Source: a virus (taxonomy: Duplodnaviria > Caudoviricetes). Taken from it: 64,000 bases of DNA. The stretch lies in the IMG/VR virus record IMGVR_UViG_3300042291_001013. One strand, given 5' to 3'. The notes beneath the pieces are model-generated. The model was given only the letters and a program-made list of their open reading frames with translations, did no database searches and was not told the origin of the DNA. Positions 17,718 to 26,923 of this stretch are shown here, in pieces (the first letter of the stretch is position 1; the number at the start of each line of letters is the position of its first letter). The position numbers were made by a program, and so were the translations under genes.

Positions 17718-18133
17718 AGGCTGTAGGCGTTTGGTTTCGCAGCCAGCGCACCGATCGGTATCTTTATCTCTTACGTAATGATTCAAAACATCCCGGGGCC
17801 TGGGGCTTGCCTGGCGGCAAACTAGAGTCCGGGGAAACCTTGCTTGACGGTATGAAACGCGAGTGTATTGAAGAGCTTGGAATATTCCCTATGTTTCATA
17901 GACTGATTCCACTAGAAACATTTACCTCAGCAGACAGTTTGTTCGAATATCACACTTGGATTTGCTTGATAGCTGACGAATTCATGCCCACGCTAAACAA
18001 CGAGCACCTTGGCTATGCTTGGCTTGATTCAGGACATTTTCCCAAGCCCATGCATCCTGGCTTGTGGAACACTGTGAACATTGAAGCAGTGCAACACAAG
18101 ATCTTGTTGGTTGAACAAGATCTTGTTGGTTAG
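17660..18133 (+). CDS. NUDIX hydrolase (start uncertain, possibly GTG 17699)
   Basis: Nudix box GGKLESGETLLDGMKRECIEELG. Confidence 0.85.
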   Translation: MGKKLSRGVSRGPVEHSALKAVGVWFRSQRTDRYLYLLRNDSKHPGAWGLPGGKLESGETLLDGMKRECIEELGIFPMFHRLIPLETFTSADSLFEYHTWICLIADEFMPTLNNEHLGYAWLDSGHFPKPMHPGLWNTVNIEAVQHKILLVEQDLVG

Positions 18134-21100
18134 GCCTGACTCTCTTGGAACTGAATCTGTATGTCTGCGGTTGGGTTAACAATTGTTGACAACGCAGTAA
18201 CCTGAATTGCCAAGACCTCAGGACCGTCAGGATACGTGCCTTGTCCAGGGATAGCACTGGTACCAATTTGCTTGACTGATGACAAATCCAACAACCCAGA
18301 GTTTGTGGTTGACACTGGAATCGCAAACAGTCTTTCACCGCCACTCAATTCACTAACAATAGCAACCACAGTCAAGTTTAAATCGTTTGTGGTTGTTGAG
18401 CCGCCCAGGGAGGTTCCCAAGATCTTGAGTGTGTCGCCCACTGCATACCCAGTACCAGCTGTGGTCACAGTGATCTGTGTGTTCAAGTTTGAGTAAGTTG
18501 TTGTGCCAGTAGCAGACAATGTCACAGTAAGAATACCGCCTGACCCTGAGCTTGACACGTTGGTGGGAGTAATACCAGTAAAAGACGCCTGGCTAGAGCG
18601 ACTGGCTTTGGTACCTGATTTGGAGAAACCACCAGTTGACCCAAAGACTGAACCTACCAAACCACCTGTGGTTGACGCTGTGTAAATTGGCGCAACTGCA
18701 AACTGAGTAAAGCTAGGCTGGAAGCCGCCAGATATGTTGTTGAGACCAGTCCATTCTGTGTTGTAACTGTCCAAGTTGGCAGGATTCAAAATACCTTCAA
18801 TCAAGAAACGTGAGTTTGCCACTTGCAAGTTGATGATCAGTGAACTCAAGGCCAACTGCGCACGATTAATAAGATCACGCTGGCCCAAGTTACCAATAAT
18901 ACTGTTTGATACACTGGGACTCAATCGCATGGCAAATGGCACTGACTTGTTGCCTGATGTTGCTGGCATACCATAGTTGGTACGGTTAAATGTAAACTGA
19001 TAACCTGCGTCTTCGTCAAACCCGCCGTCCATGACAACTGCACTACCCCAATGGTTAACCACTGGTACACAAGTATTGCTGATCAAGATAACACCAGTGT
19101 TGTCAGCGTGACTCACAGCCGCACTGGATGTGTAACTGCGACTTTGACCCTCTGCCCACTGTTGGAACGTTGCCGCACGAGTAACACCAGTCAGAGTGTT
19201 TGCATTGTAATTTATCCCTGAGTACTTGATAATTTCACTTTCAATCATGCAAAACACAGGATATGTAACTGATGCGCCAGGGTAGTCTGTGGCATCACGT
19301 AGATAAATTGTTGTGTCGCTGTCACTCAACACACCATTAAGACTGGATATTGCAGTGTCGTTAGAAGCTTCATATCGTGCAGGCAAGTTACCTGAACGCA
19401 TGTATGCTTCGTTGTTGCGGTTGTTGTTGGTAATTTTATGTGCTGGAATAAACTCACCAAACTGTCCACGAACCATGTAGGTCACATAACCAGCACCGTA
19501 CCAGCTGTATTCGATCCCCAACATCTGCATTTTGCTTGGGTCAATTGTGAATCCAGATACTCCTGTGCCATCCAACGGGTCAACGTTGAAATCTTCTTGT
19601 CGAATACGTTGTTCAAGTCTCAGTGTCATTTTCACACGAGTCTGGTTGGTAACACCACGGTATGGTGGAACCACAGTCATACGCTGTTGACCAAGAATAC
19701 TTGTGACTGTGTGAGTCATACCTCTTATAACCACAATGTCACCTTGATTGAGCTGGTCCTGGAAGCGGCATGTGCCATCGCCAGTTACCAAGTTTGATCC
19801 TGCACCAACAGACACTAGGCCAGCAATCTGAAATGTACTTGACCGTTGTACTACGTTGAGTGACTGGCCGTCTTCTTCCCAGAACAAGCCATTTTGGTCG
19901 TCAAAAATACCAGCACGTATACTTGCGCCGTGCCAGGCAGTGATGTTGACCCGCGGTTGCTGTCCCAGGGTAGGGCTAGCACTGCTAAGAACATACTGTG
20001 CTTGTACCACAAAAGTCAAATCACTCGTGATTGTTGTTACCACATACCCAGAACCATCATACCCACCAGTAGTAACGCCAGAGATAGTGACTACTGCCCC
20101 AGGATTTAAGCCATGTTCAACATCAGTGGTAATTGAAATATTGCTGTTAACGTTTGTTCCGTCAGCTGATAATGCCGCAATGTCAAATGTTGGTTGCAAC
20201 ATGGTACCTGATGAGAACAAAATACCTTTACCAGATTGGTAACGAAAATACTTTTTAGTTTGACGGAATGCGGAAGCGCCGCGAGTTGGCGATCCGGCGC
20301 TCATGATAACACCGCCATCAAATGGTCTTGGCTGGAATGTTGCGTTACTGCGAATGTTGATTGTTCCGGCCAAACTGCCACTTACTACAGCACCAGTCTT
20401 GGCAGTGTAGGTGAATGTGGTTGTGCTGGGCACTGAGATCACAAAGAAACTGCCTTCAGCATATTCTTGGTTGGTACCTGAACTCAGGTTAACCATGATT
20501 GGGGTGCCTGGATTTAGTCCGTGTGCATAGGTGGTTGTTACTGTGATTGTGCTGGGGTTTGCACCGTCACTGACAATACTTGCAATATCCAAGTCAGCAC
20601 CAGTAAACGCAAATGCCTGTCGAACACTGGTGTCATTTTGATTCAGTGGATATCCTGCCGCAAGAGTTGGTGAACGCTTGGGGTAGAATGCAAAGTTGTT
20701 GTCGTTTGCATAGCTAACAAAGTTAACACCCTCAGTGTTGGAGTTTGTTGTGTTAAAAGTTGAACAGTAGTTGCCCGCGATCAGGCCGTGTGCGTCAGCG
20801 TTTACAGCCACTTGTGGAATGTTGGCATTGCCTGACGCAAAATACAAACCAGTCATGCGAATTAGTGGAGATCCTACGCCAGCACCAGTCAGTGCTGTGG
20901 TGTAAAATTGACCACGAGTCAGTGTTTGTGAGCCGTTGACTGCGGTGTTGATTGCACTCATGTTTACCAGCTCAACGTTGCTACTCAAACGCTGAAACAC
21001 AGTGCCTGTGGCAAATGCGTTTGCGGCTGGAATGTTATACCAACCACGTGTGAGTTGCAGTGTGGTACCATCTGTGACTTCAAATACCTGTGCAACTTCT

Positions 21101-22101
21101 AGTGTGCTTACAGGATAAATTGCATTGCCAATTGTGATGTTTGCGCCGGCACCATTGGTGTTGTTTGTTTGACGAGTCACTGTGAGCACGTTGGCAGAAA
21201 CGTTGGTAATTGCCATGGTTTCGTACACGTTTGGTGTATCAGTTTGAACAATGATATAGCTGCCGTCAAGAATACCTGCGGCGTTGGCACAGTTAACTGA
21301 GGTAGTTGCAGTGCTGGTAATGTTGGCCACAGCCAGAGTAGTACCGCCGCTGGCAGGACGGCCAATAAGGATAATGTTGTCACCAGCAGTTAATCCAGTT
21401 GTGCTGGCCACAGTAAATGTGCGTTCAGCTGAACTGCTAACGTTGGCTGTGAGATAATTGCTGACCAAAGCTGTGGTGTTGCCCACAGTTTGACTTACTA
21501 GCAAAGCAAAATCGGCAGCCACCCAAGCTGGTGTTCCAGGGTTTTGCAAGTTACATGCTGTGTCAATGTTGGATGTGATCAAATTGTCACCAGCCAACAT
21601 GCTGACATAACCGTTGGTTTGGATGTTTATATCAAGACCAATGTTTTCATAAAAGTTGGGAATTTGATTGGTTATTGCGGCATTTTGCCACTTGGTGTTT
21701 TGCAATCCATATTCAAAGTCAGCGTCAATCAAACTTTGTGGATTTGACACACGTTCGCGACCAATTGCGTCAAGACCAAATGCCCAGGCCTTGGTTATAA
21801 GTTCTTGGCTTTCAACATAAATTGCCAGTTTGTCTCCAGCAGCCATCAAGCTGGTATCAAATTCAAGTGTCAGAGTTGTTACACCGCCATAGGCATAGGG
21901 GAAATCTGTGGTTCCGCCTTGCCCGCTCCAGGCCACTGTACCGCCCTGTGTCTGCGCACCAAAGTTGTAGATGCTGATCTGATCGGTTGTGTTGTATACG
22001 GCCAAGAAGTCAGCAAGGTTGTAACGTCCCGGCACCTTGATGGTGCCTAGCCCTGAAGTACCAGGGCTAAAAACGTATTCGTATATTCTTTCTCGTGCCA
22101 T
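18130..22101 (-). CDS. Large multi-domain virion structural protein
   Basis: 1323 aa Thr/Gly/Ser/Asn-rich; repeated ITVTT..HGL..G..I.V beta-domains; VSNPQSLIDADFEYGLQ motif. Confidence 0.7.
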   Translation of the reverse strand: MARERIYEYVFSPGTSGLGTIKVPGRYNLADFLAVYNTTDQISIYNFGAQTQGGTVAWSGQGGTTDFPYAYGGVTTLTLEFDTSLMAAGDKLAIYVESQELITKAWAFGLDAIGRERVSNPQSLIDADFEYGLQNTKWQNAAITNQIPNFYENIGLDINIQTNGYVSMLAGDNLITSNIDTACNLQNPGTPAWVAADFALLVSQTVGNTTALVSNYLTANVSSSAERTFTVASTTGLTAGDNIILIGRPASGGTTLAVANITSTATTSVNCANAAGILDGSYIIVQTDTPNVYETMAITNVSANVLTVTRQTNNTNGAGANITIGNAIYPVSTLEVAQVFEVTDGTTLQLTRGWYNIPAANAFATGTVFQRLSSNVELVNMSAINTAVNGSQTLTRGQFYTTALTGAGVGSPLIRMTGLYFASGNANIPQVAVNADAHGLIAGNYCSTFNTTNSNTEGVNFVSYANDNNFAFYPKRSPTLAAGYPLNQNDTSVRQAFAFTGADLDIASIVSDGANPSTITVTTTYAHGLNPGTPIMVNLSSGTNQEYAEGSFFVISVPSTTTFTYTAKTGAVVSGSLAGTINIRSNATFQPRPFDGGVIMSAGSPTRGASAFRQTKKYFRYQSGKGILFSSGTMLQPTFDIAALSADGTNVNSNISITTDVEHGLNPGAVVTISGVTTGGYDGSGYVVTTITSDLTFVVQAQYVLSSASPTLGQQPRVNITAWHGASIRAGIFDDQNGLFWEEDGQSLNVVQRSSTFQIAGLVSVGAGSNLVTGDGTCRFQDQLNQGDIVVIRGMTHTVTSILGQQRMTVVPPYRGVTNQTRVKMTLRLEQRIRQEDFNVDPLDGTGVSGFTIDPSKMQMLGIEYSWYGAGYVTYMVRGQFGEFIPAHKITNNNRNNEAYMRSGNLPARYEASNDTAISSLNGVLSDSDTTIYLRDATDYPGASVTYPVFCMIESEIIKYSGINYNANTLTGVTRAATFQQWAEGQSRSYTSSAAVSHADNTGVILISNTCVPVVNHWGSAVVMDGGFDEDAGYQFTFNRTNYGMPATSGNKSVPFAMRLSPSVSNSIIGNLGQRDLINRAQLALSSLIINLQVANSRFLIEGILNPANLDSYNTEWTGLNNISGGFQPSFTQFAVAPIYTASTTGGLVGSVFGSTGGFSKSGTKASRSSQASFTGITPTNVSSSGSGGILTVTLSATGTTTYSNLNTQITVTTAGTGYAVGDTLKILGTSLGGSTTTNDLNLTVVAIVSELSGGERLFAIPVSTTNSGLLDLSSVKQIGTSAIPGQGTYPDGPEVLAIQVTALSTIVNPTADIQIQFQESQA

Positions 22102-22104
22102 TTG

Positions 22105-22497
22105 TTAAACTCCAAAAATTATTTGATTAGCGGTCAGCGTCGCTTGTGTGTCGTTACTGAATTTATTGTAACTGATTGTGCCCACAGCAATTTTGCTGTC
22201 AGTTACTGTGGCATCACTGGGTGTGCCGGTAAACAGAGTATCACCAAAAATCAATCCAAAAAACGCAGTGAGCGCGGCTGGCGGGCTAGCAAAACTGATA
22301 GTTGCTCCAGTGGTACTGAACTGCACGCCTGGGTTCAGCACTATGTAATTCAAACTTACCATCATTGAATACGATGTAGGCGGGGTAAATGCCACACCAT
22401 CAATAGTGATATTAAAAGTGGAGGTTGTACCATCAAAGGTCAAGTTGTCCATTTTTCTATACTGTCCAATCTGCGGTGTGTAACCTAAATAAGCCAT
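22105..22497 (-). CDS. Small tail/baseplate-associated protein
   Basis: MAYLGYTP...FDGTTSTF...VSLN..VLNPG..FS..G.TI.F.SPP, related to the N-terminus of 23202-26585. Confidence 0.6.
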   Translation of the reverse strand: MAYLGYTPQIGQYRKMDNLTFDGTTSTFNITIDGVAFTPPTSYSMMVSLNYIVLNPGVQFSTTGATISFASPPAALTAFFGLIFGDTLFTGTPSDATVTDSKIAVGTISYNKFSNDTQATLTANQIIFGV

Positions 22498-22506
22498 TTC
22501 GTTTCC

Positions 22507-23202
22507 TTATAATTTGCCAACAACAACTTCAATTACGCCGTTGGCACCATCAAAATCTTCCAGGGCCTTGCCCAGGATTGATCCTATTGCAGGAGTGGTA
22601 CATGCCTGTGCATGACCGTTACCAGCCGAGACCATCATGTCCCCTTTGTTTACTCGGCCAGTTACCTTAGTTGGTACTCGACCAGCCAAGGCCACAATTA
22701 CACCGTTTTCGTAATTTTGACCAGAATTCATTATGTGCGCTGGGTTGGTTGATACCACGCCTGCCACTTTTGCATCGCTGGATACTGCACTGATTGTTAC
22801 TTCGTTGTGTCCACCAAAGCTGACCACAGTACCAGGTTCGTAGTCAGCGTCAGCATGATAATATTCTGCCAAGTCAGCGTATTGTGCGCTGGTAGATTTA
22901 GCAAATACTGTGTTAAAATATATAGATGCATTGCCAATATTGCCCACGCCGTTGCCACCGGTATTTGTTAGACCATTCACTGCTACTGAGCCACTAGTAG
23001 CAATATTGCCGCCAGTGATGTTGCCCACTACGCTGAGTGTTGTGCTGCCAGTTATAGCACCGCTACTGGCAACAGTACTAGCTGATATATCGCCACCGTT
23101 GCTGGTGGTCACAGTCCAGGCACCAAGAGCAGTGGTATAAGTGTATACCACACCATTGACTGTTGCGGTTTGTCCGTTTGTTGGTGATACTGGAAATGCC
23201 AT
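22507..23202 (-). CDS. Short fibre protein with C-terminal intramolecular chaperone (peptidase G2/S74-like)
   Basis: AQYADLAEYY...YEPGTVV.FGG...AGVVSTNPA..MN...VALAGRVP.KV.G.V.KGD. Confidence 0.7.
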   Translation of the reverse strand: MAFPVSPTNGQTATVNGVVYTYTTALGAWTVTTSNGGDISASTVASSGAITGSTTLSVVGNITGGNIATSGSVAVNGLTNTGGNGVGNIGNASIYFNTVFAKSTSAQYADLAEYYHADADYEPGTVVSFGGHNEVTISAVSSDAKVAGVVSTNPAHIMNSGQNYENGVIVALAGRVPTKVTGRVNKGDMMVSAGNGHAQACTTPAIGSILGKALEDFDGANGVIEVVVGKL

Positions 23203-26200
23203 TATGTTCGTCCCACTGCTATTTCAATTGTTGCCACTTGATCTTCAAGTAGATCGGCTAGACTTTTGCCTACCACGCAACCTAACTCTGCTTTGGCAGG
23301 ATCAAATTTGCCAGCAATACCAGGTGCCACGTTAACCAATCTGTCTCCTTTGTTTACAGGACCTTGCACTCTACAAGGCACACGCCCTGCCAGAGCAACT
23401 GGTGTTCCGTTTTTCTGTCCACTATTCATCAAATAAGCAGGATCAGTAGAAACAACACCAGCTATGCGAGGGTCATGATCAATACTACTTACTGTGATTT
23501 CTTTGTTGCCGCCAAATACCACCACTGTACCTGGCTCGTAGTTGGCATCTGCTAGATAATTTTCTGCCAAGTCAGCGTACTGTGCTGTGGTTGCTTTGGC
23601 AAACACAGTGTTGAATGTTGTTGTAGCGTTACCAATGTTGCCAACACCGTTGGCACCAGAGTTAAACAAGTTGCTGACACTGATGTTGCCGCTGGTAAAG
23701 TTAAAACTTGCGGCTGTTACTGATCCTGTCACAGTCAAGTTGTTGTTGATTGCCAGGCTAGAAAGTGTGGTTGGGAAACTCTGATCAACCCACTGGTTAC
23801 CAGTACCGTCATAGATGTACAGGTATAACTTGTCTGAACTTGAATTATACCAGTTATCACCTGGAACAGCGTTTGTAGGAGCACTAGTGGATGTGGTCCA
23901 CTTGTAAACTCGTGTTCCACCTTGTATTAGGTTGCCGCCAGCAATGTTGCCTGACGCCGAGATCAATCCAGTTACATACTCACCTGTTGTAGCATACACA
24001 GCTACGTTAGCTGTACCACCAATGCCAATTGCAACGTTGCCGCCTGAGCTGACCACCCGCACATTTGATGTACCATTCTGAATACTTGTGGCATCAATGC
24101 CTGTAAGTTGGCTACCGTTACCCAGTACATATGCACCTTGAATGTTTGCAGTAGTTGTGACGTTTGCGGCACTGATTAATGAACTTATAACGTTGCCACT
24201 TAGACTTAGTCCTGCGGCATTCAAGTTGCCACCAGTAACGTTGCCTGTTGCGCTGAGTGTTGTGGCCTGAACCAAAGTAGTAATAACAGCATTACCAGCC
24301 AACACGTTGGCTGTGCCAATAGTTACGTTACCTGTGGCGCTGACCAATCCAGCTGTGTTGATATTGCCGCCGGTGATGTTGCCTGTGGCACTGATCAGTC
24401 CACCTGCACTCATTGCACCAGTAGTCACAATGTTACCACCCACAACGTTAGCAGTGGCACTGACTTGTCCAGTTGCCAGCACTGCGCCACCTGTGACGAT
24501 ATTGCCACCTGTGACATTGCCTACAGCACTGACTTGTGCGCCAGTTGTTAAATTGCCACCTATAATGTTGCCTGCGGCACTGAGTGCAGATCCGCTTATG
24601 TTGGCAATTCGCACCAGAGTGTTTGCTGTAAACGTTACGTTGCCGTTACCTGCGTCTGTGCCAAGCGTGATATTGGTGATAGAGTTTGCAACACCGTTGG
24701 TACCAATATTGATTGTTTTGACTCTATCGCTGGCCACCGCACCAGTAGCAATATTTGCGGCTTGGTTGGCAGTGCTTTGACCAATAGTGATTTGGCCAGT
24801 TTGTGATGCGCCACCAATGTTGATTACACCACTTGATTGGCTTTCACCAAGACTGATTGTTTGTGTTGTACCTGAAAAAGTTACATTACCACTAGCAATA
24901 AAATCTGTACTCTGTACCAGTCTGTTCGCCAGCACGTTACCAGCCATCACATTGCCGGCTGCACTGACGTTGGCTGTGGAGAATATGTTACCAGCCTGTA
25001 CATAGCTTGCGGTTTGAATTATGTTATTGCTGATTATATTGCTAACCACGTTGCCGCTCAGGCTAATACCCGTGGCATTTAGATAACTAATTGACAGGTT
25101 GCCTGTGGCAAACAATGCACCTGCTGTGGTAATATCTCCTGATGCACTGATAGTACCACCAGTTGTGAGATTACCACCTACACCAGCATCAACAGTTACA
25201 ATCACATTACTAGCGTTAACAACAGCGCCATAAATGTCTCCTGCGGCAGACACAAAACCACCAGTTTTGATATTTCCGCCTGTGATGTTACCACCAGCAG
25301 TTATCACAGTAGTGGCTATTAAATTACCGCCACTGACGTTGCCTGTAGCAATAACTCTACCACCTGTGATGACGTTGCCGCCCGAAACGTTGCCAGCACC
25401 AGTAACGTTGCCAGTAGCACTGAATTCGCCAGCTGTGCTGACGTTGCCTGCACTTAGGTTACCAGTTATAGTACCAACACCACTAACGTCTAAGTTTCCA
25501 GTTATTGCGTAACCAGTAGAACTGACCACAGCAATGGTAACACTGTTTACGTTGCTTATAATGTTGCCATTGATACTTGGAATGGTAACTTCTGTATTGG
25601 TGTTGAAAATTCTAGTTGGATTTGAGCTGATGCCAGTGAGACCTGCTCCGTTGCCCACAAAATATGCCCCATTGACATTTCCAGTGGCGCTGAGATTTGC
25701 CAGCACCAAGTCATTGAATTTAAAACTTGGATCAGTAGTATCAACTGTGGTTCCTGGCTTGACTGTTAGGTTGCCAAAAAGTTTGTACTTGGCATCAGTA
25801 ATGTCTCTAAAATAACCAGTGTATCTATTGGCTGCTCCGTCATAAAACTGTGATACAACACCAGTGTCATATGTGTCGCCAGGATTGGCGTTGGCCAAAA
25901 AGATAAACGGGTCTGTAACTTCCAAGCTATCAGTACCAGTTGTGGTAAATGTTCCGTTAACTGTAAAGTCGCCCACGCAGGTGATATCGCCGCCAACGTT
26001 GAGGTTACCCACAATGCCAGTACCGCCACCTACTTTTAACGCACCAGTTGTTACACTTGAGCTTTCAGTGTTTCCGTAGATTACTATGTTGTTGCCAACG
26101 TTTAAGTTACCGCCAAGGCCAATACCGCCCACAGTGGTAATGCCACCAGTTGTGGTGTTAACTGAAACTGCGTTGGCGTTAAACAAAGCACGATTTGCAC

Positions 26201-26585
26201 CCGAAACGGTGACTGCCAAGGTACCAGGGGCTGGCCAATACAAGCCAGTATTGTTTGCGGCCACACTGTACACACTGGGATTGCCAATTGTGCCTGCTCC
26301 AAATACTGTGGCTGTTAAATCTAGGGTATTGAGAGCGCCGCCACGATAGGTAATTGCAACGTTTTGATCACCAAGTGGCGGTGAAGTAACAAAAATAATT
26401 GAAGTATTGCCAGCTTCGTAATCAATAAACGGCACTTGCGGTACATTGCCCACAATAACATCAACGTCGCTGGCGCTGGCCACCGCACGATTCAATGTGT
26501 ATTGGGAAACAAAACCGTTTCCGCTTTCGAACTGTGTGCTGGTATTCAGCAGTTGTTCGTTGGGGGTAAGGCCGATATAACTCAT
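23202..26585 (-). CDS. Tail fibre protein with GN repeats and C-terminal chaperone domain
   Basis: 1127 aa; many ATGN(I/V)TGGN repeats; ADLAE...VALAGRVP domain. Confidence 0.75.
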   Translation of the reverse strand: MSYIGLTPNEQLLNTSTQFESGNGFVSQYTLNRAVASASDVDVIVGNVPQVPFIDYEAGNTSIIFVTSPPLGDQNVAITYRGGALNTLDLTATVFGAGTIGNPSVYSVAANNTGLYWPAPGTLAVTVSGANRALFNANAVSVNTTTGGITTVGGIGLGGNLNVGNNIVIYGNTESSSVTTGALKVGGGTGIVGNLNVGGDITCVGDFTVNGTFTTTGTDSLEVTDPFIFLANANPGDTYDTGVVSQFYDGAANRYTGYFRDITDAKYKLFGNLTVKPGTTVDTTDPSFKFNDLVLANLSATGNVNGAYFVGNGAGLTGISSNPTRIFNTNTEVTIPSINGNIISNVNSVTIAVVSSTGYAITGNLDVSGVGTITGNLSAGNVSTAGEFSATGNVTGAGNVSGGNVITGGRVIATGNVSGGNLIATTVITAGGNITGGNIKTGGFVSAAGDIYGAVVNASNVIVTVDAGVGGNLTTGGTISASGDITTAGALFATGNLSISYLNATGISLSGNVVSNIISNNIIQTASYVQAGNIFSTANVSAAGNVMAGNVLANRLVQSTDFIASGNVTFSGTTQTISLGESQSSGVINIGGASQTGQITIGQSTANQAANIATGAVASDRVKTINIGTNGVANSITNITLGTDAGNGNVTFTANTLVRIANISGSALSAAGNIIGGNLTTGAQVSAVGNVTGGNIVTGGAVLATGQVSATANVVGGNIVTTGAMSAGGLISATGNITGGNINTAGLVSATGNVTIGTANVLAGNAVITTLVQATTLSATGNVTGGNLNAAGLSLSGNVISSLISAANVTTTANIQGAYVLGNGSQLTGIDATSIQNGTSNVRVVSSGGNVAIGIGGTANVAVYATTGEYVTGLISASGNIAGGNLIQGGTRVYKWTTSTSAPTNAVPGDNWYNSSSDKLYLYIYDGTGNQWVDQSFPTTLSSLAINNNLTVTGSVTAASFNFTSGNISVSNLFNSGANGVGNIGNATTTFNTVFAKATTAQYADLAENYLADANYEPGTVVVFGGNKEITVSSIDHDPRIAGVVSTDPAYLMNSGQKNGTPVALAGRVPCRVQGPVNKGDRLVNVAPGIAGKFDPAKAELGCVVGKSLADLLEDQVATIEIAVGRT

Positions 26586-26920
26586 TATGTAATTTCCATA
26601 ATACTCAGAATAGCGTCAATACTTGAAGCCGCACTGCTTTGTACGTAAATTTTGTCGCCTGTTATCAAAACAATTTTTTGATCACCGCCAATTGGCACTA
26701 AACTTGCACCAGAGCTGATGGGAGCATTGGTCACAATTGAGGTGTTGGCAATACTGACATCATTTATAAAAACGTTTGCAGTAATTGCACTACCAGTAAG
26801 GTTGGTAATAGTCAGCCCCACTACCACCGCAGTTGTAGAGGCTTGCACGGTGTATCCTCCAACTTGTGTTGCTGTTGTTCCTACGCCTCTGCTGAGTTTT
26901 CTTGTAAAAGTATTTGCCAT
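26585..26920 (-). CDS. Small fibre-associated virion protein
   Basis: 111 aa all-beta pattern MANTF...YTV.A.TTAVV.GL.I.N...APIS.GASL...G.QKIVL..GD.I.V.S. Confidence 0.65.
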   Translation of the reverse strand: MANTFTRKLSRGVGTTATQVGGYTVQASTTAVVVGLTITNLTGSAITANVFINDVSIANTSIVTNAPISSGASLVPIGGDQKIVLITGDKIYVQSSAASSIDAILSIMEIT

Positions 26921-26923
26921 TTT

